From positions 1 through 64,000 of the forward strand of contig JAPETS010000055.1 of assembly GCA_026023565.1 (NCBI GenBank): DNA of 64,000 nt. The letters run 5' to 3'. Source of the stretch: Cirrosporium novae-zelandiae. Its lineage: Eukaryota. The translations under genes were made by a program, and so were the position numbers. Within the stretch, counting starts at the first letter, position 1. Each line of letters begins with the position of its first letter. Below, piece by piece: positions 48,851 to 62,689 of this stretch. The notes beneath the pieces are model-generated. The model made no database searches. It saw only the letters and a program-made list of their open reading frames with translations, and had not been told where the DNA came from.

Positions 48851-51791
48851 AATTTTGATGCAAACTACCAGATTGCAAACAAACATCTCATAGTACGTTT
48901 TAGATTAGCTCCTGCAAGCCATTCAACGTATGCTAACGTCGACTGCAGATTTCAGGCACATTAAATTGAGCCAAGGAAAATCATTCCGGGAAATATCCAC
49001 CGCCAGCTGGCCAAGTGACAACAACATGTTGCGCTGAGATGGCCTCGGCGGCTTAAGACACAGCACATATAATGTGTCTATCATGCCGACCAAGGAATAC
49101 CTGGTCGCAAATACACATTAGGCCTAGTTTACCGACTTTTGTAAACATGGCTTTCTCTCCATGAGTCGGAGCTACGTCATGGCATTATTATTGCCATGGG
49201 AAAGCATCTTACCCTCTTCCGTGCTGCCGGCTTGAACATCGACAGTTGCGGTCAACAAATATGCCAATCAAGGCAACTGCGGGGCTAATCTTATGCGACG
49301 GCCACCGAAAACCTCGATCACATCCTTTCGACCCATGATAGAGTATTGGCATGAAAGGAAGCCTAGACCGGTTTAGACGAGGGATTAGTGGGATAAAAAG
49401 AGCAAAGTGCTACTTTTGAGAACGGTTAGAGTTGGATGAGGCGATCATCATAGAGAATGAGGCGCAAAGAGACGGATGGGATGAAGAAAGAGAAAAGACG
49501 AAGAATTGAGGAATCTGCTGCATTAGCGCAGGCGCGTATGCCAGGTTCCCGCCACAAGGGGAATTTGGTTTGGATGAGGATCTCAAGGAAGAGATACAAT
49601 TCGTTGGAGGTGCAGATAACTTTTAGATTAGCCAATAGAATAAATTCACGGCTATTCATTTCTCCTATTTTCTGGTCATTGGCTGCTTTTGACTGATAAT
49701 GTTTTATCCAAGCATAGACTTTAGTAAGAGGTTTTGGTATTGCTACCGGTGGAGTTATCATCACCGGACCATGAAATATCTTCACAATTGACACCGCAAG
49801 GGGGACCGCAAGATCTGTATCAATGCCCAAGAGAAGCCTGATGACGATGATCTGTATGATCTGTATATGACAACTGTTTCACCGACATCGGATTATTTTG
49901 CTGGCTTCCTAACTGAGACCGCATTGCATGCGCTGTCCCAGATTATGTATGCACTTCAGATGCCGAATGCACGTCGCGGTCAATATTGCTCGACCTCGTT
50001 TCGGTCGGATAGATAAAATGTTGAGTACAAAAGCAAAGTTGGCAGACAGCCATTTTTTACTGTGGGAGGATTAATATAGTAATTACTCGAGGAATGTAGA
50101 CTAGATAATGAACCAATTAGTCCAAGTTGTGTTGCCTGCTGGAGAGGGGGGCCACCGCCAAGAACCAATGTCCTAATTTGGAAAAGTTGTGGCGGCTTTT
50201 CCCAGGAACATCAACTTTGAACCTGCGTCGGGAAAAAAAACTGGCGAATTGCAGAAAAATATATTAATTGTGCTGAGTTGTAGAAGCGTTTTGACTCAAC
50301 CCTGACTGCTGGGAATGTTGGAACTATACGAGGAATGTGGAGGAAACAAAATAAAAACGGGATGAATTTGATTTCTGGCCCGGGGTTCCTGGTTGATAGA
50401 TATCAATCACTGTCCCCAAATCTATAGCAATATTTTTGCTATAAATTAATCTCTTTCTCTCACATGACCGTCACCACTTGATGCTGTGTTTGTGTTATCA
50501 CACCCTCACCACCCTCACCTTCATGACTCTCATAACCTTTATGGTTGTGTGTTGGGGGATTTTATGGTATTTTTCTTAGTCCATGGTGTCAGCAAATAGT
50601 CGAGGATTAATAGGTTTTGATCTAAATGAATGCCTCGTTGATGAAGGTGGTGATTTCAGTTTTGATTGGTTCACTGTGAAATAAGAAGTGATGAGAGTAC
50701 TGAAGCGAGTGTTGCCCGTCACTCAAGAGGGAGCCAATGGCAGGGTCGTAAGCGCTTTGTTTTTTGTTGATTTTTTTATCGACTCCCCTGCCAACATCTG
50801 CCTGTCACATTGCTCATCCACCTCTCAACTTCTTGAATGGTTGCTACTCTCCACAAATCGCCAATCGTAAATCCCAAATCGCTGCCATCCACTTCCCACT
50901 CTCGTACTAAATGAATAGTGATACGAGACTACCGGCAGACAGCATCCGCAAATTGTTCCCAAAGGTAATGTTCACCGAATTCGGCACACCTGCTAATGCT
51001 GAAACCCAACCACTTGATGCTTCTTTCTGGATTATTAGATGGTCAAAAGAAAGACTTAATGGATCAATTGAAGACTGAATCCTTCATGCCTCTCCTGCTG
51101 ATGCGTTTATTGGTGATGAAAAGGTCAAGTACCTAATATCCAGTCTTGGGGAAGTTGGGAGATAGTTGGGATGATTCTTAATTACGCGCCCATGGGATCT
51201 TGTAGCCTATGAAACGAACCTGGCTCTAGCTTTGGGGAAACCTTCTGGTGATCAAAGACCCAGCAATACTCCATCGATAGGTTCTTTGCATTCCTTTCCA
51301 TGGCGCCAAATATCCAGGACCGCCTGGATGCTTTTTTCCCATGTTCTTCCCATGGACCTATTATGCGCATTGCGATATCTCCATCTTTTGTCAACCACTT
51401 TCTCTTGCTCCGGATCTCTCTTTTCTTTTGTAGCTCTGTGCCGCCGCCTGCTTTGAATTTTTATCCTCCCCTCCATCTCAATTCTGCCCTTGCTTGCCCA
51501 GCATCTGCATTAGAATCGTGTTTGCCTGCAGGTGGGAACATCGTGCTATCAGTGAGACTATATTCCCTGCAACCACCACGAGGAGACCATAATAGAACGT
51601 ACCCGACCTCCAGTTTCAATGTTGTTGCTTTTTACTTGACCCGGCTTCCAGCAGCATCTGTCAGGGTAAGACTACTTACTCAAAGTCTGGGACTGCTTGT
51701 CGATGCAATCTTTACATCTACACTGATCCGCAAACATGCACTCTCCTGTTAACTGTTGATAGTCGTCAGCGCCGACATCTCCAACCACACC

Positions 51792-54700
51792 ATGTCCACG
51801 TCGCAGTTGGGGAATCGTCGCTCAATGTCACCAGGTACAAAAACCCCAGAAATGGCTCCATTTCCAGCTCCCAAGCGAGTTTCTCTTCCTGATGGCGGCT
51901 TCGAGCCATGTGCCGCCACAGCTTCTCTCTTTTTATGTGCACAAGGACCCTCAGTTTTGTGCCTCCACCATGACACCCTTGCCATAGAAAGACGGTTCCA
52001 GCGCCATAAGGAAAATATAGTGCTCATCTCGGTGGATAATGTTAGCGAAAGAGGCGCGGGGAGGTTGGTCGTCAGCTACGATGCTGGACAGACTGCAATT
52101 GTGTGGGACCTCTTTACGGGAGAAGAGATTGCTCGCTTCGCTTCTTTTGATCACCTTCGAGTGGCAGCTTGGATGAGAAATGGAAATGTAGCATTTGGTA
52201 TGGTCTATCAAAATTTTGTCGCAATCTCCACTGATTGAGGAATAAAGGAAATTCCCAGGGTAGCGTGATCCTCTTCGAGCCATCAACATCTGAGCATATC
52301 GCAGCACGAACTATTTTTGATCCAATCACCGCTCTTGCTCCCGCATCAGATTGCCGCAATTATGCTATCGGGTAATTCACCTTGTTGAATTTGTAGGGAA
52401 AATGCTCATCTCTTTATGCAGCTACAATAACGGGTCAATCCTAATCGCAGCTCTTCAGCCAGCATTCACCATACTTCATACACTTTCGACCAACAAAGCG
52501 CCTTCGCCAATAGCCACATTAGCATGGCATGCTTCGTCATCAAAGCAAAAGTCGGACATGTTGGCGACTCAAACCCAAGATGGGGATTTGCGTGTGTGGA
52601 GTATTGCGAAACCACCGACGGCGGATCAACCAAGGGTCATTCGAGTACTCAGAAGATCAGATACTTCCCAACCAGGACCAAATTGGATGGCCTGGTCAAA
52701 AAATGGAAGAATTGTGCAATATTCAGAAAGGTTCGTTGTACTTGAAATTAGCTGTGCTGTGCCACTTCCCTGCACCTGATATATGCTAGCGTGCGTCAGA
52801 TTGCATCTTAGCCCCCACTCTCTAAATACTAAAACAACTTCGTAAACATCCGATCTAATATTACTTTCCAGAGAAACATGGGCATGGGATGTACGGACCA
52901 AGCGTGTTACCTACGAACGGATACCAACCATCAAGGGCGTCCGAAGCCTGGCCAGCTATGGACCAAGTGCAACCCTTTTTACATTGGGCCCCGACCATAC
53001 AGTCCAACAATACGACCTCAACAACCCAATGATTGTAGCCAAAGCTCAACATCTTCCACTTAACAGTCCTCCAACCCCTCCCGTCACAGTAGAAGACCAG
53101 AAACAACAAAATGCATTTCAACGAGCACTCGGAGCTCAAGGTCTCCCTCTCCAGGTCAGCACCTCCGAGAGCGAAGAAGAGGCACTATTATCACCACTGC
53201 AGGTGGCAGTTAATGAGGTCAACGCGTGGGACGCCGCCAGAAGAGATCGTATCCAAAACAGTAGTCCTATTTCGAGATCAATCTCAAGGTCCTCCAAGAG
53301 CATGAACGAATCAATGAGCTCTCGATCGTCTGGCTATCGTGCATACAATAGACCGAGGGATAACACCCCGAACTCTCAAGGGAATCACAGTGCTACAACC
53401 TTTACAAATTTTTCGCCCATGCAGAACCTTCTTCAACCTGGAGTTAGCTATGCAGGCATCGGTGGTCCCGGGTCTCAAACATCCTCAACGCGCTCTAGTC
53501 GTACCAAAACTTCACGTTTGCGTCAAGAAATTCTACCAAGCCCAGAAGATCAACAGCCTGACCTATTCCCATTCACACGTGCAAACCTCTCCGAGGTGCC
53601 TTATAAGCATCCTTTAGAACCAGCCAGCTCATCCTCCGTCACATCTGATGATCTGCGACAACAAATGTTAAGTATCGTCTTTGGCTACGACAATGACATA
53701 GAGGCACTTGTGAGGGACGAATTGAATCAACATATCCCAGGCTCCCAAAGTGCCATACTTCTATCCAAATGGCTCGGAGAAACCGACGAAGATGCACTAG
53801 CTGCAATGATGAGCTCTACTTCGTTCAACTCTTCAGACTGGATGTTACTGGCACTGAGCCAAATGGGAAGCGAGAGCCACACTAAGAAAATTGGTCATGC
53901 TTTTGTACAAAAGCTTCTTGCCAAAGGTGATGTCCATGCTGCTGTGACTGTACTAATTGGTCTGGGAGATCATAATGATGCAGTTGAGGTCTACGTTTCC
54001 AGAAACTACTATATGGAAGCGGTGCTTCTTACATGCTTGCTCTTTAGAACCGACTGGCAGCGTCAGGCTCATCTGGTAAGACGATGGGGAGAATTTGTAG
54101 TTAAGGATGCAGAACAGCAACTTGCTATCCGGTGTTTTGCATGCACAGAAGTTGAACCTTCCGAGCCTTGGACATCCCCTACTGCTCAGAAAGCGGCGAC
54201 ATTCATGGGCCGTGTAGCAAGTCCTCCACGCGGCATGGAGCCATCAAGATCACCCGAAAACCCTAGAAATGGCGGGCCAACACGAATGACCACGAAAAAC
54301 TCGGCTTTGAAACTGATTACATCATTCGGACCATCCCCTGCCAACCAATTCAGATTTCCGGGTCTGAAGTCGGATGATAGAACGCCGACGAATGGACCCG
54401 GCATTACACCGATTGCAGAATCGGCTATATCCCCTGGAGCAGGAGATCGGGCGTTTATGAGAAACGGATCAAGGAACATTCCCTCCTCTGCGAGAACAAT
54501 GACCCCAGGTGGATATATGAAACGAAGACTGCCTTCAATCGGAGAAACGCCTATAGATGTTAACCCTCCAGCGTTCCCCGCCACAAACTCATATCCAACT
54601 CCGCAGAATTCAGGCTCAGACAAAGAGAAGGATAACGTCACTGAAGATTCTAATACCGACCAGAGGGAAGCTCGTTCAACCAGTCAAGATAACGACCTAG

Positions 54701-57237
54701 TTCTTTTATCTTCCGCGCGCTATGAGCCAAGCTCCAAAGAAATGCCGAAAAGAAGTCCTATGACCGCCATACAAGCGGCCGGTATTAGAATGGATGCTAA
54801 GCTCCCTGATCCATCTCAAGGTGCTTTCGCAGCGATCATAGAAGGGAATGGTAGCCGTAACGGCTCGCGTGATCGCAAGCCAGATGGTTTGCATATACAG
54901 TGGCCACCATCCGATTTATCCACAGATCCTAGCGACTATACATCATCCACCGACCAGGGTGTTACTCATGATATCCGTGATCAAATGCCCGATGATCAAC
55001 CATCGTTCGACTCTACCAGTAGTTTATCCAATGTTTATGACAGCCGAAGTGAAACACGAAGTCCTCCTGTAAGCAGTGGGCAGAGCTATAAGTCAGGCAA
55101 GGGCGGACGAAGCATCGACCAATATATCAGTAGCCTTGAAGAAGCGAACTATCGTTATCGAAAGCATAAACATCGACAACGAAGCCGTGATAGTGACCGT
55201 CGGCATAGAGACCGAGTGTCCAGCCGCACCCGAAGCAAACCGCGAACAATCGAGACATTCGATGACCGTGGGAGGGGCAATGGTCGGATACCACCTGCTA
55301 AGCGTTCACCGTCTTCTCCTGTGCCGATGTCTCCAGAAGAATACCAGATGTACAATGCAAGTACAGAGAGCTTTGAAGAATTCTACAAGACGAACGTACC
55401 TATTACCGGCCAAAAGTCTTCCAGGGAACCGAGCAGACAAAGAAAAGGTCACTCCAGATCACGGACAGGTCATAGTAAGCGCCGATACGATTCTCCTTCA
55501 AAAGTATCAAGCAAACCTGGAAGCCGAACAGCAAGCCGACGACAGAGCCCATCTGTAGCAGACGCATCCGGTCGTGGTAGAAGCAAATCCAAAACAGTAG
55601 GGTCTGTCCTCAGATCTCCATCTTCACCTCTTCCAATGGCACCTCACATGGAAGAGGGACTCCGCTTGGTTGACGCTGATAGGCAGCGGTTAAGGCCTCC
55701 ACGAGACGGGAGTAGAAGCACGAGCAGAAGGCCACGGGAACGAGGAACAAATATTCGACGAGAGTTTTCGCCTGATAGATGGCGGTCCCGTGAACGATCA
55801 AACAGCCGCCAGACTCGGATGAGAGACAACAGTGCCCAGGATGATCGACGAGAAATATCAGAAGCATCTGAAATATCAGCCGATACAAGAGACCGCACAG
55901 GATCTTTGGATACGCAATCAATGGATTCCGAAAAAGACCCTCAGGCTACAGATAACGAAAAACTAAAGAAAGAGTTGGCAGCAAAAGAACTGGAAGCCCG
56001 TCGTATTTCTTTAGCCCGACGCGCAGATGAATTCATACCGTTTCCAGGAGAGATATTAGCTACGAGACCACAGATGGGTAATCGATCTGTAACCGATATT
56101 AACGACGCCGTAGCTTTTCTAAGCGCATCTTCTTTCAATTCAAGGGTCAACAAAGCCTCTCCGGTCCCTTCTGTTGGCTCCGGGCATTCCTCCGGTAATG
56201 ACTCTTCTGGTGTCCGCATTGGACTTCCCGCGACACCTCGAGCGATGCGCCATCCGAAATATATGACTACAGGAGGTGATGCTGGAAATGCTCCAAATGT
56301 TCCAGATATACCAGAAAACCTACCTACTCTTAATGACAGGATTCACCAGGCACCTACTCTCGCTAGTGACAAAGTGTTCCAAGATCCACTCGTGCGGTCC
56401 AACTCGGCTCCTGTCCTCGAACCGCGCTTCACAAACCCCCTGCCCTCACCAGCTCCGATACCAGCTGATCTGCCAACGCATCCTGCGTTTCACCCTCAAT
56501 TGCCCCCTAGCTCGAGATCACGAACTTTTTCACCACCGTTGTCGGGATTCTCCAAGGAACGCAAGATTTCTTCATCCGAAGAAAGCAGACCTGGCACACT
56601 TGGATACGTGAATACGCCTACTCCTACAAATGGTGAAGCGCAAGAAGGCTATTTCCCTCCACCCACCCAGAAATCCAATTCCGATCCACCTCGTCTTCCT
56701 CAACTTCAACACCTCAATGTGAATTCGCCAATCCCTCCTCCGCCACCGGCTCCTATAATCGGAAACGAATCCTCTCCGGCCTCTAGCGCAGTCGGCACTA
56801 TCAACATTGCTATTGATAGTCATGCCGATCCTCCATCTCGCGCAGCCACTACAACTCCCATAATCGAAGTTCCCACACCCTCTCCTCCCATGCCCTCAAC
56901 AGCAATCACAACCCCCCCCCCAATCTCCCCTTTCCCTTCATCCTATCCTAAACCTATGAGTCCTCTATCTACTTCTACATCCCCTCCTCCAAGTTTCATC
57001 ATGCTTCCTCAATCACCTCCTACTCTCCACGCTCGGTCCAACTCGCTTCATCGAAGAGGTAGAAGTCTCAACGAGAGCCTGAGCTTTTCACAAAAGGTTA
57101 GGGGTTTTACAGGGAGGATGCGAAGTACAAGTCGAGGGAGACAAGCCAAGAGCCCACCGGTTCCACAGGGAGAGATGATGGTGAGTCCCTATGAGAGTAT
57201 ACCTCCTCTGCAGAATTGGGGAAAGGTGGGAGAATAG
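51792..57237 (+). CDS. large WD40-repeat protein with a central helical (Gemin5-TPR-like) domain and a long disordered S/R/P-rich tail
   Basis: TAIVWDLF and DLRVWS WD motifs; KLLAKGDVHAAVTVL...YYMEAVLL helical segment; 3 introns and a 4.3 kb last exon. Confidence 0.88.
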
Positions 57238-58654
57238 CTGGCTTAATGGATAGCGGGCCTGGATCTTTCAGAGGAGACTTAAAGAAGACGGAATGGAATG
57301 GATGGACAAAGGAACAGCGACTGTGTTCCGAGTTTTTATTTTCAATTCACGCGTTCCTTTTAGATACCCATTCTTTTTTTTGTTGGTTTTTGCTATCTTT
57401 GCCCATCCGCTATTTTTAATCTAGTTTTGCCCATTTATTTTTTTTTCAACCCCCCTTTCCCTCCGCCTTTGAAAAGGGGTTTTGCAAAACCAAGCGAGCG
57501 AGCAAGCAAAGCAGGCATTATCAATCATCATATCTCTGGAAATTTTCATTAAGGGGAATGTTTATTCTATGTTGGAGGAGTTTTCCATTTTTTTCCATTT
57601 GTTTTGTGGTGATCGTAGTCTACTATTACTATTATTCAATTTTTTTCCCCCTAGGCCCTAATATGTACATCTTCATCTTTCCCGGGAACAAAACAAACAA
57701 AACCATCTCTCTCTCTCTCTCCTTGATGAAAAAAAAAACGAACTGAAACGAAACATATTCCTAACCCCCCCCCCCCCTCTTTTTTTTTTTGGCTGGACGT
57801 AGACTATTTTTTTTTTGTACAGTAATATGTCTCAATAAGTTTTGGGCTAATTAGTTGGTTGGAGGAAATGAGGATATGTCAGTAAAGCCCTATCTATAAT
57901 TAAGTAGTTTAGTTTTTAGCGAAAATGCAAATGCCAAATGGGAGCGGAAATGGAAATCGGTAGGGGAGAATTAATTAATGAAATGCAAACTTTTTGTGTG
58001 TGGTGGTGGTGGTTGGTGGTTGATGGTGGTAATAGAATTTGTTATTTCTTATCAGCTCCCTTTGTGTCCATCTGCAGCAGCAGGGGTGGGTTGTTTTATT
58101 TCCTTTCATTCCCCCCCCCCCCCAAAACCCTTTTTAATTTTCGCTTTGTTCTACCTTATCCATACAATCAATCTTAACCTTACAATATATCTATCTATTC
58201 TATCTATGGACCTTGCCTTGAAATATGAAATAATTAAAGAATCTTTACATTTCCTTTTTGGTTTTCGAAATATTCTTTTTATTTCCCCCACCCCCCCCTA
58301 TATGTGCGCTAATTAGGTAATTTGTGATAATATATGCTATGTTGTTACCTTTATACTGGGGGGATTATTTAATGGAGAAAATTCGGGTTCCAAGGTGCTA
58401 AGCTACCTAAACTATTTTACAATTTCATTGGATAATTTATCTGTTTGGTGTTTTGAATATCATGCTTGGTGCTGACATTAACTATTTGCTAAGGCCATCT
58501 ATCCACTTTGCATGTCCCCCATGTCCCTTATGCCATATCGCTTGGAGCCTTTTTTGCCCTTGTTTGTAACTTAGGTCAGTAATATCCTGAGGATTTGATC
58601 GTTTTTTATCAAACACACAGTCGCCGTCTATGTCGTGACACTAGGATTGCTCGC

Positions 58655-59351
58655 TTATCCATAGACTCTCTTGAAGAACAAATCTCTGTTTTCTGCCATG
58701 CCTTCAAGTTCTTGACGGGCCTCCTTCCTCAGTGTCATTCTTTCCCAGCGGAAGATGTATTCCTCGTGAAGTCGGTTGGCACACATGGAGAGGAAGGCCT
58801 TGTTAGCCTTTGCCTTTGTCGTGAATGCTTGTCCTAGCATACTCTTCCTGACCTCCTCCACAACTTCTGCGGCCCAACCGTAGAGATGGATACTATCAAG
58901 TGTGCGGCTGTCACAGTTGTTGTAGGGGTCAGGAGAAATGTTGAGACGAGTAGCCTCATGAGGTTTCATTCTCTCCCCGAGGCATGTCTTTGACGTGAAT
59001 AGGTACATTTTTTCTCTAGATATCTTGTGCCATCCGATGAACCATCTGCGTTTGCGGTGCCAAAGATTATTAGGAAGCTCCCCGTGCTGGGTGTATGGGA
59101 CAAAGGGCCGTTGAGTTGTACCATCAAAGATATAGGAAAACTTAGGTTTCTTGCACGCCTTAGTTGACACCAAGATTGACTCAGGATTTTCTTCAGCTTC
59201 GAGTTTGATGTGGGGCTCAATATTCATCAGGGAGATGCCACCATCATCATCGAGATCACTCTCATGTTTGATGACGATGGTTCTATAACTAACTAGGTGA
59301 GTGAATGTTATGTTCTCTTAGGGACTCGTAGCTATACTTCTCTGATGACAT
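58655..59351 (-). pseudogene. orphan gene, probably frameshifted near the 5' end (or a 190-aa CDS starting at 59227)
   Basis: The 190-aa ORF is open upstream of its ATG; removing one copy of TAGT-TAGT (59288-95) fuses it to MSSEKYSY at 59351. Confidence 0.45.
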
Positions 59352-60420
59352 GATGACTAAGGTGCGTGATGAATATCTTATATCTCTGCGTGAACTATAT
59401 TGTTGAATTGATTCATTGTGAGATATTCGTTGAAAGTGAAGATGGAGGTTGAGGTTAGAAATAGATGGGTATTTACGTCCCAGCAAGGAACTCAACACAG
59501 GAGTTGGACGACCAATCAGGGCTAGCTTGTCACTTTGAGTGAATGCGTTCCCTTGAGTGAATACAATTAGAATGGATGGGAGATTGATGCTTCCGTTTGA
59601 ATGTGAATAGTTATGGCTCCTTCCTTTTCTTGCCGAATGTCGAAGAACCAGGCAACCAAGCTAAGCTCTCCATCACTTTTACCTCTGCCTATATCATCTT
59701 TTCATTCCACCTAAATATGCCTAGGTAGCGAAAGCTCACTTCATCTATACACAACTAACATCTAGGAAGATCAATTGGATCCCATTTCTGTTCCTGGGTT
59801 TCTATTCATGAGACTCCACCTTAGACAATAGACAACAAGCAAACCACGTCTACTATAACCTCAAGCTCTCATTCAGACCAGAGCTCCACACTTGACTATT
59901 CAAAGGTAAACAGAGACATTCCCTTCTCAAGCCCGCCCAAAGATATTACCAAGAAATAGATTGCTCTACCATCCTTTGAGATCTCCAAGGCTGCGTAGTA
60001 AAATTTAGCTAATACCATATACATCTCAAATGATAGTTAGTAAATGGGAAGAAAACGAGAAGTTAGTGATAGGTGTCTTAAGTAATATAATAGATGGGGT
60101 GATAGTTGGATTAAGAGAAGAGCACTTGCACGTAGTTACAGTACATAGGTAGCCTACCTACCACCCACTACTTAATTATCTCTACTAATTTTGTATTTAC
60201 CTCTTTTTCTTTGGTCTGAATACTAGGGTTAGATGATCATATTTCATTTTATTGTCTGTATGTCGCTTTAGGCTACGATGGATAGGGGTTGGGGGTTTAA
60301 AAGCTCATCACACCCCGAGCACGCCTTTATGTGGTCCTAGACCTATACATAACTAGGCAACCCCCAACCCCCCTATCCCATCCCCACATCCAACCCTCAC
60401 ACCCTCACACCCTCACACCC

Positions 60421-61752
60421 TCACGTCCTCACCCCAAACACCTTATCAAACCCCACAAGCGTAAATCGATAATGCACCTTATTCCCTTTAACCCTCTCTA
60501 CCGCCTCCTTGCACCCCTCCTCCCCGACCTGCACCGTCTCCACCCAACTCTTCAAACCCTTCCGACTCGCCAGCTCCAACATCCCCACCATCTCCGGCCG
60601 ACTCCCAATGTGACTCCCCCCTATCATACACCCATTAGGCGTGAATTGCTGAGCCCGCAGCGTTGGTAGCGGCTCATCGGGCAAGCCGACATTGTGGAAG
60701 CATCCGTTTACGGCGAGGGTCGACATGTAAGCGGGTAAGTCGAAGGTGTGGGTCATGTCGGCCGTGTTGAGGATTAGGTCGAAGGTGAAGGCCCAGGGGA
60801 CGTGCCAGTTGGGCGTGGAGGTCGTGATGAATTCTTTGGCGCCTAGGGCGAGGGCGTCGGATTTTTTGTGGGGGGAGTGGGAGAGAGCGTAGGTTTCGGC
60901 GCCAAGGGCGGAGGCGAACATTAGTGCGAAGTGGCCGAGGCCGCCGCTGGTGGAGTGTTAGTTTGGGGTTGGAGTGTGGGGGTGGGGAGGGGAGGGGGGG
61001 ACTTACATTCCGAGGACGGCGACTTTTTTCCCTGGGCCCATTTTGGCGCGTATTAGGGGGCTGTAGACTGTTATCCCCGCGCATAGCATTGGCGCTGCGA
61101 TTTCTGTGGGTATGTTGTCCGGGATCTTGAAGGTGAAGTATTCGTGTGCGCGCATGTGGCTGGCGTATCCGCCTTGTGTTTTTGTTCCATCTTTGTAATA
61201 TGCTCCGTAGGTATCTATATACATTAGATTGAGTCAGATAAATCCATAATCTTCTCTAGGACGAAGAAAGGGAGAAAAGGGAGAAAGGGGAGAAGAGGGG
61301 GGGTAGGGGGTAATCACATACCAACCAAGTCAGGACAATAATTCTCATTATCCTCCTTGCAATTCTTGCACTTCAGGCAGCTCCAGATCTGTGCTCCAAC
61401 TCCCACTCGGTCCCCGACCTTGATAGTCTTGACATCCTCTCCGACTTTGACGGCACGGCCTACCACTTCGTGGCCGACACAGAGAGGCAGGTCCTTGCCG
61501 CCCCAGCCGCCGGTGAGAGTGTGTACGTCGCTGCCACAGACCCCGCAGGCGTCAATTGCAATGTCAATGTCGTGAGATTCGAAGGGTTTGGGTTTGAACT
61601 ATTTTGTTAGGAAGAGAATGGGGGTTAGCTTTATTGTGGAGGAGGGGGCTAGAGAAAGGGAAGATGAGGGAATGCACTTCTTCTTTGGTGAAGGTGCTCC
61701 ATTGGTCGTGCGATTTGACCATGTAGCCTTCGAAGGTATCTGGGTAGCCCAT
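60421..61752 (-). CDS. NADP-dependent Zn alcohol dehydrogenase (ADH6/cinnamyl alcohol dehydrogenase type)
   Basis: CGVCGSD, GHEVVG, APMLCAGITVYSPL, G.GGLGH and YRFTL motifs; 3 introns. Confidence 0.93.
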
Positions 61753-62689
61753 GTTGGATGAAAATGAGATGAAGAGTAAACCGCTTCTAAAGAAATATCG
61801 AAGCTTGGTAGGTGGAAGTTTAGAGCTGAGTGGAGATTATAGTTATATAGAAGTGTCAATTGAAAGATTTCGAGATGATGAAAAGAGCAGAGGGGAGAGT
61901 TGTGGTATATTTGAAAAGTCAAGAGCAGGAGGAGATTTCAGGTTTTTTGTATGCAATTCTTATTAGCAAAAGGCAAAGACGGTCCAGCCGTCCGTCCCAC
62001 TTACGGCCCCAGAAGGCCGGGGATGCGGGGGACATTTCCTAATGAATTGATAAGTCCCAGAGAGAGATGCTTGCAAATTCGATTCAATCGTTGACGGATA
62101 AATGATTAGGATGAAGGTGAAGGTTTGGTGGGGCAATGAATACTAGCTGCATATTTTGGCGTCATGTCACCACTTTTACTCTTACCTCATCGCTTCTAAT
62201 GTACGAATGCCTGTATCTCCACCTTCTTCCAAAGCTACAGTTAAGAGATAACGGAAATAGAGAGAGGCTGGGAGGGAAGATCCAGGTTAGGAAGCTCTTG
62301 ATCCAGCTGGAAAGTCTAGAGATCTGAGATCAGACGCATATTCATCATCAGGTTAAAAGAAGCTTAAGAAATACTTAATCTGGCTTCCTACTTTGGTTAC
62401 GACGTCACTATTCAAGGCTTTGAGTTGTTGGTGGAATGGTGGCAGTGTGTTAAGCCGAAATAGGACCGTGAACTGGAGATGCCGGATCATACAGTAATAA
62501 AAGCGTTTAGTGATTAAGGAATCGGCATTGCTGCCTGTTGCAGATTGGATCAACTATATATTCTCAATTACCGACGCCTGCTTTGACAGTACTATCCAGA
62601 AACTCGAAGAGAAAGTCAAGCAAAATCGCTGTTGGGTAGTACCATCATAATAATGTCAAAAAACTGCTTTGGGATATCTTCGTCTGACC

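Noticed and set aside
49426..51752. Several 70-150 aa ORFs between the small gene and the WD40 gene
   Set aside because: Mostly non-ATG starts, no motifs, UTR/intergenic composition
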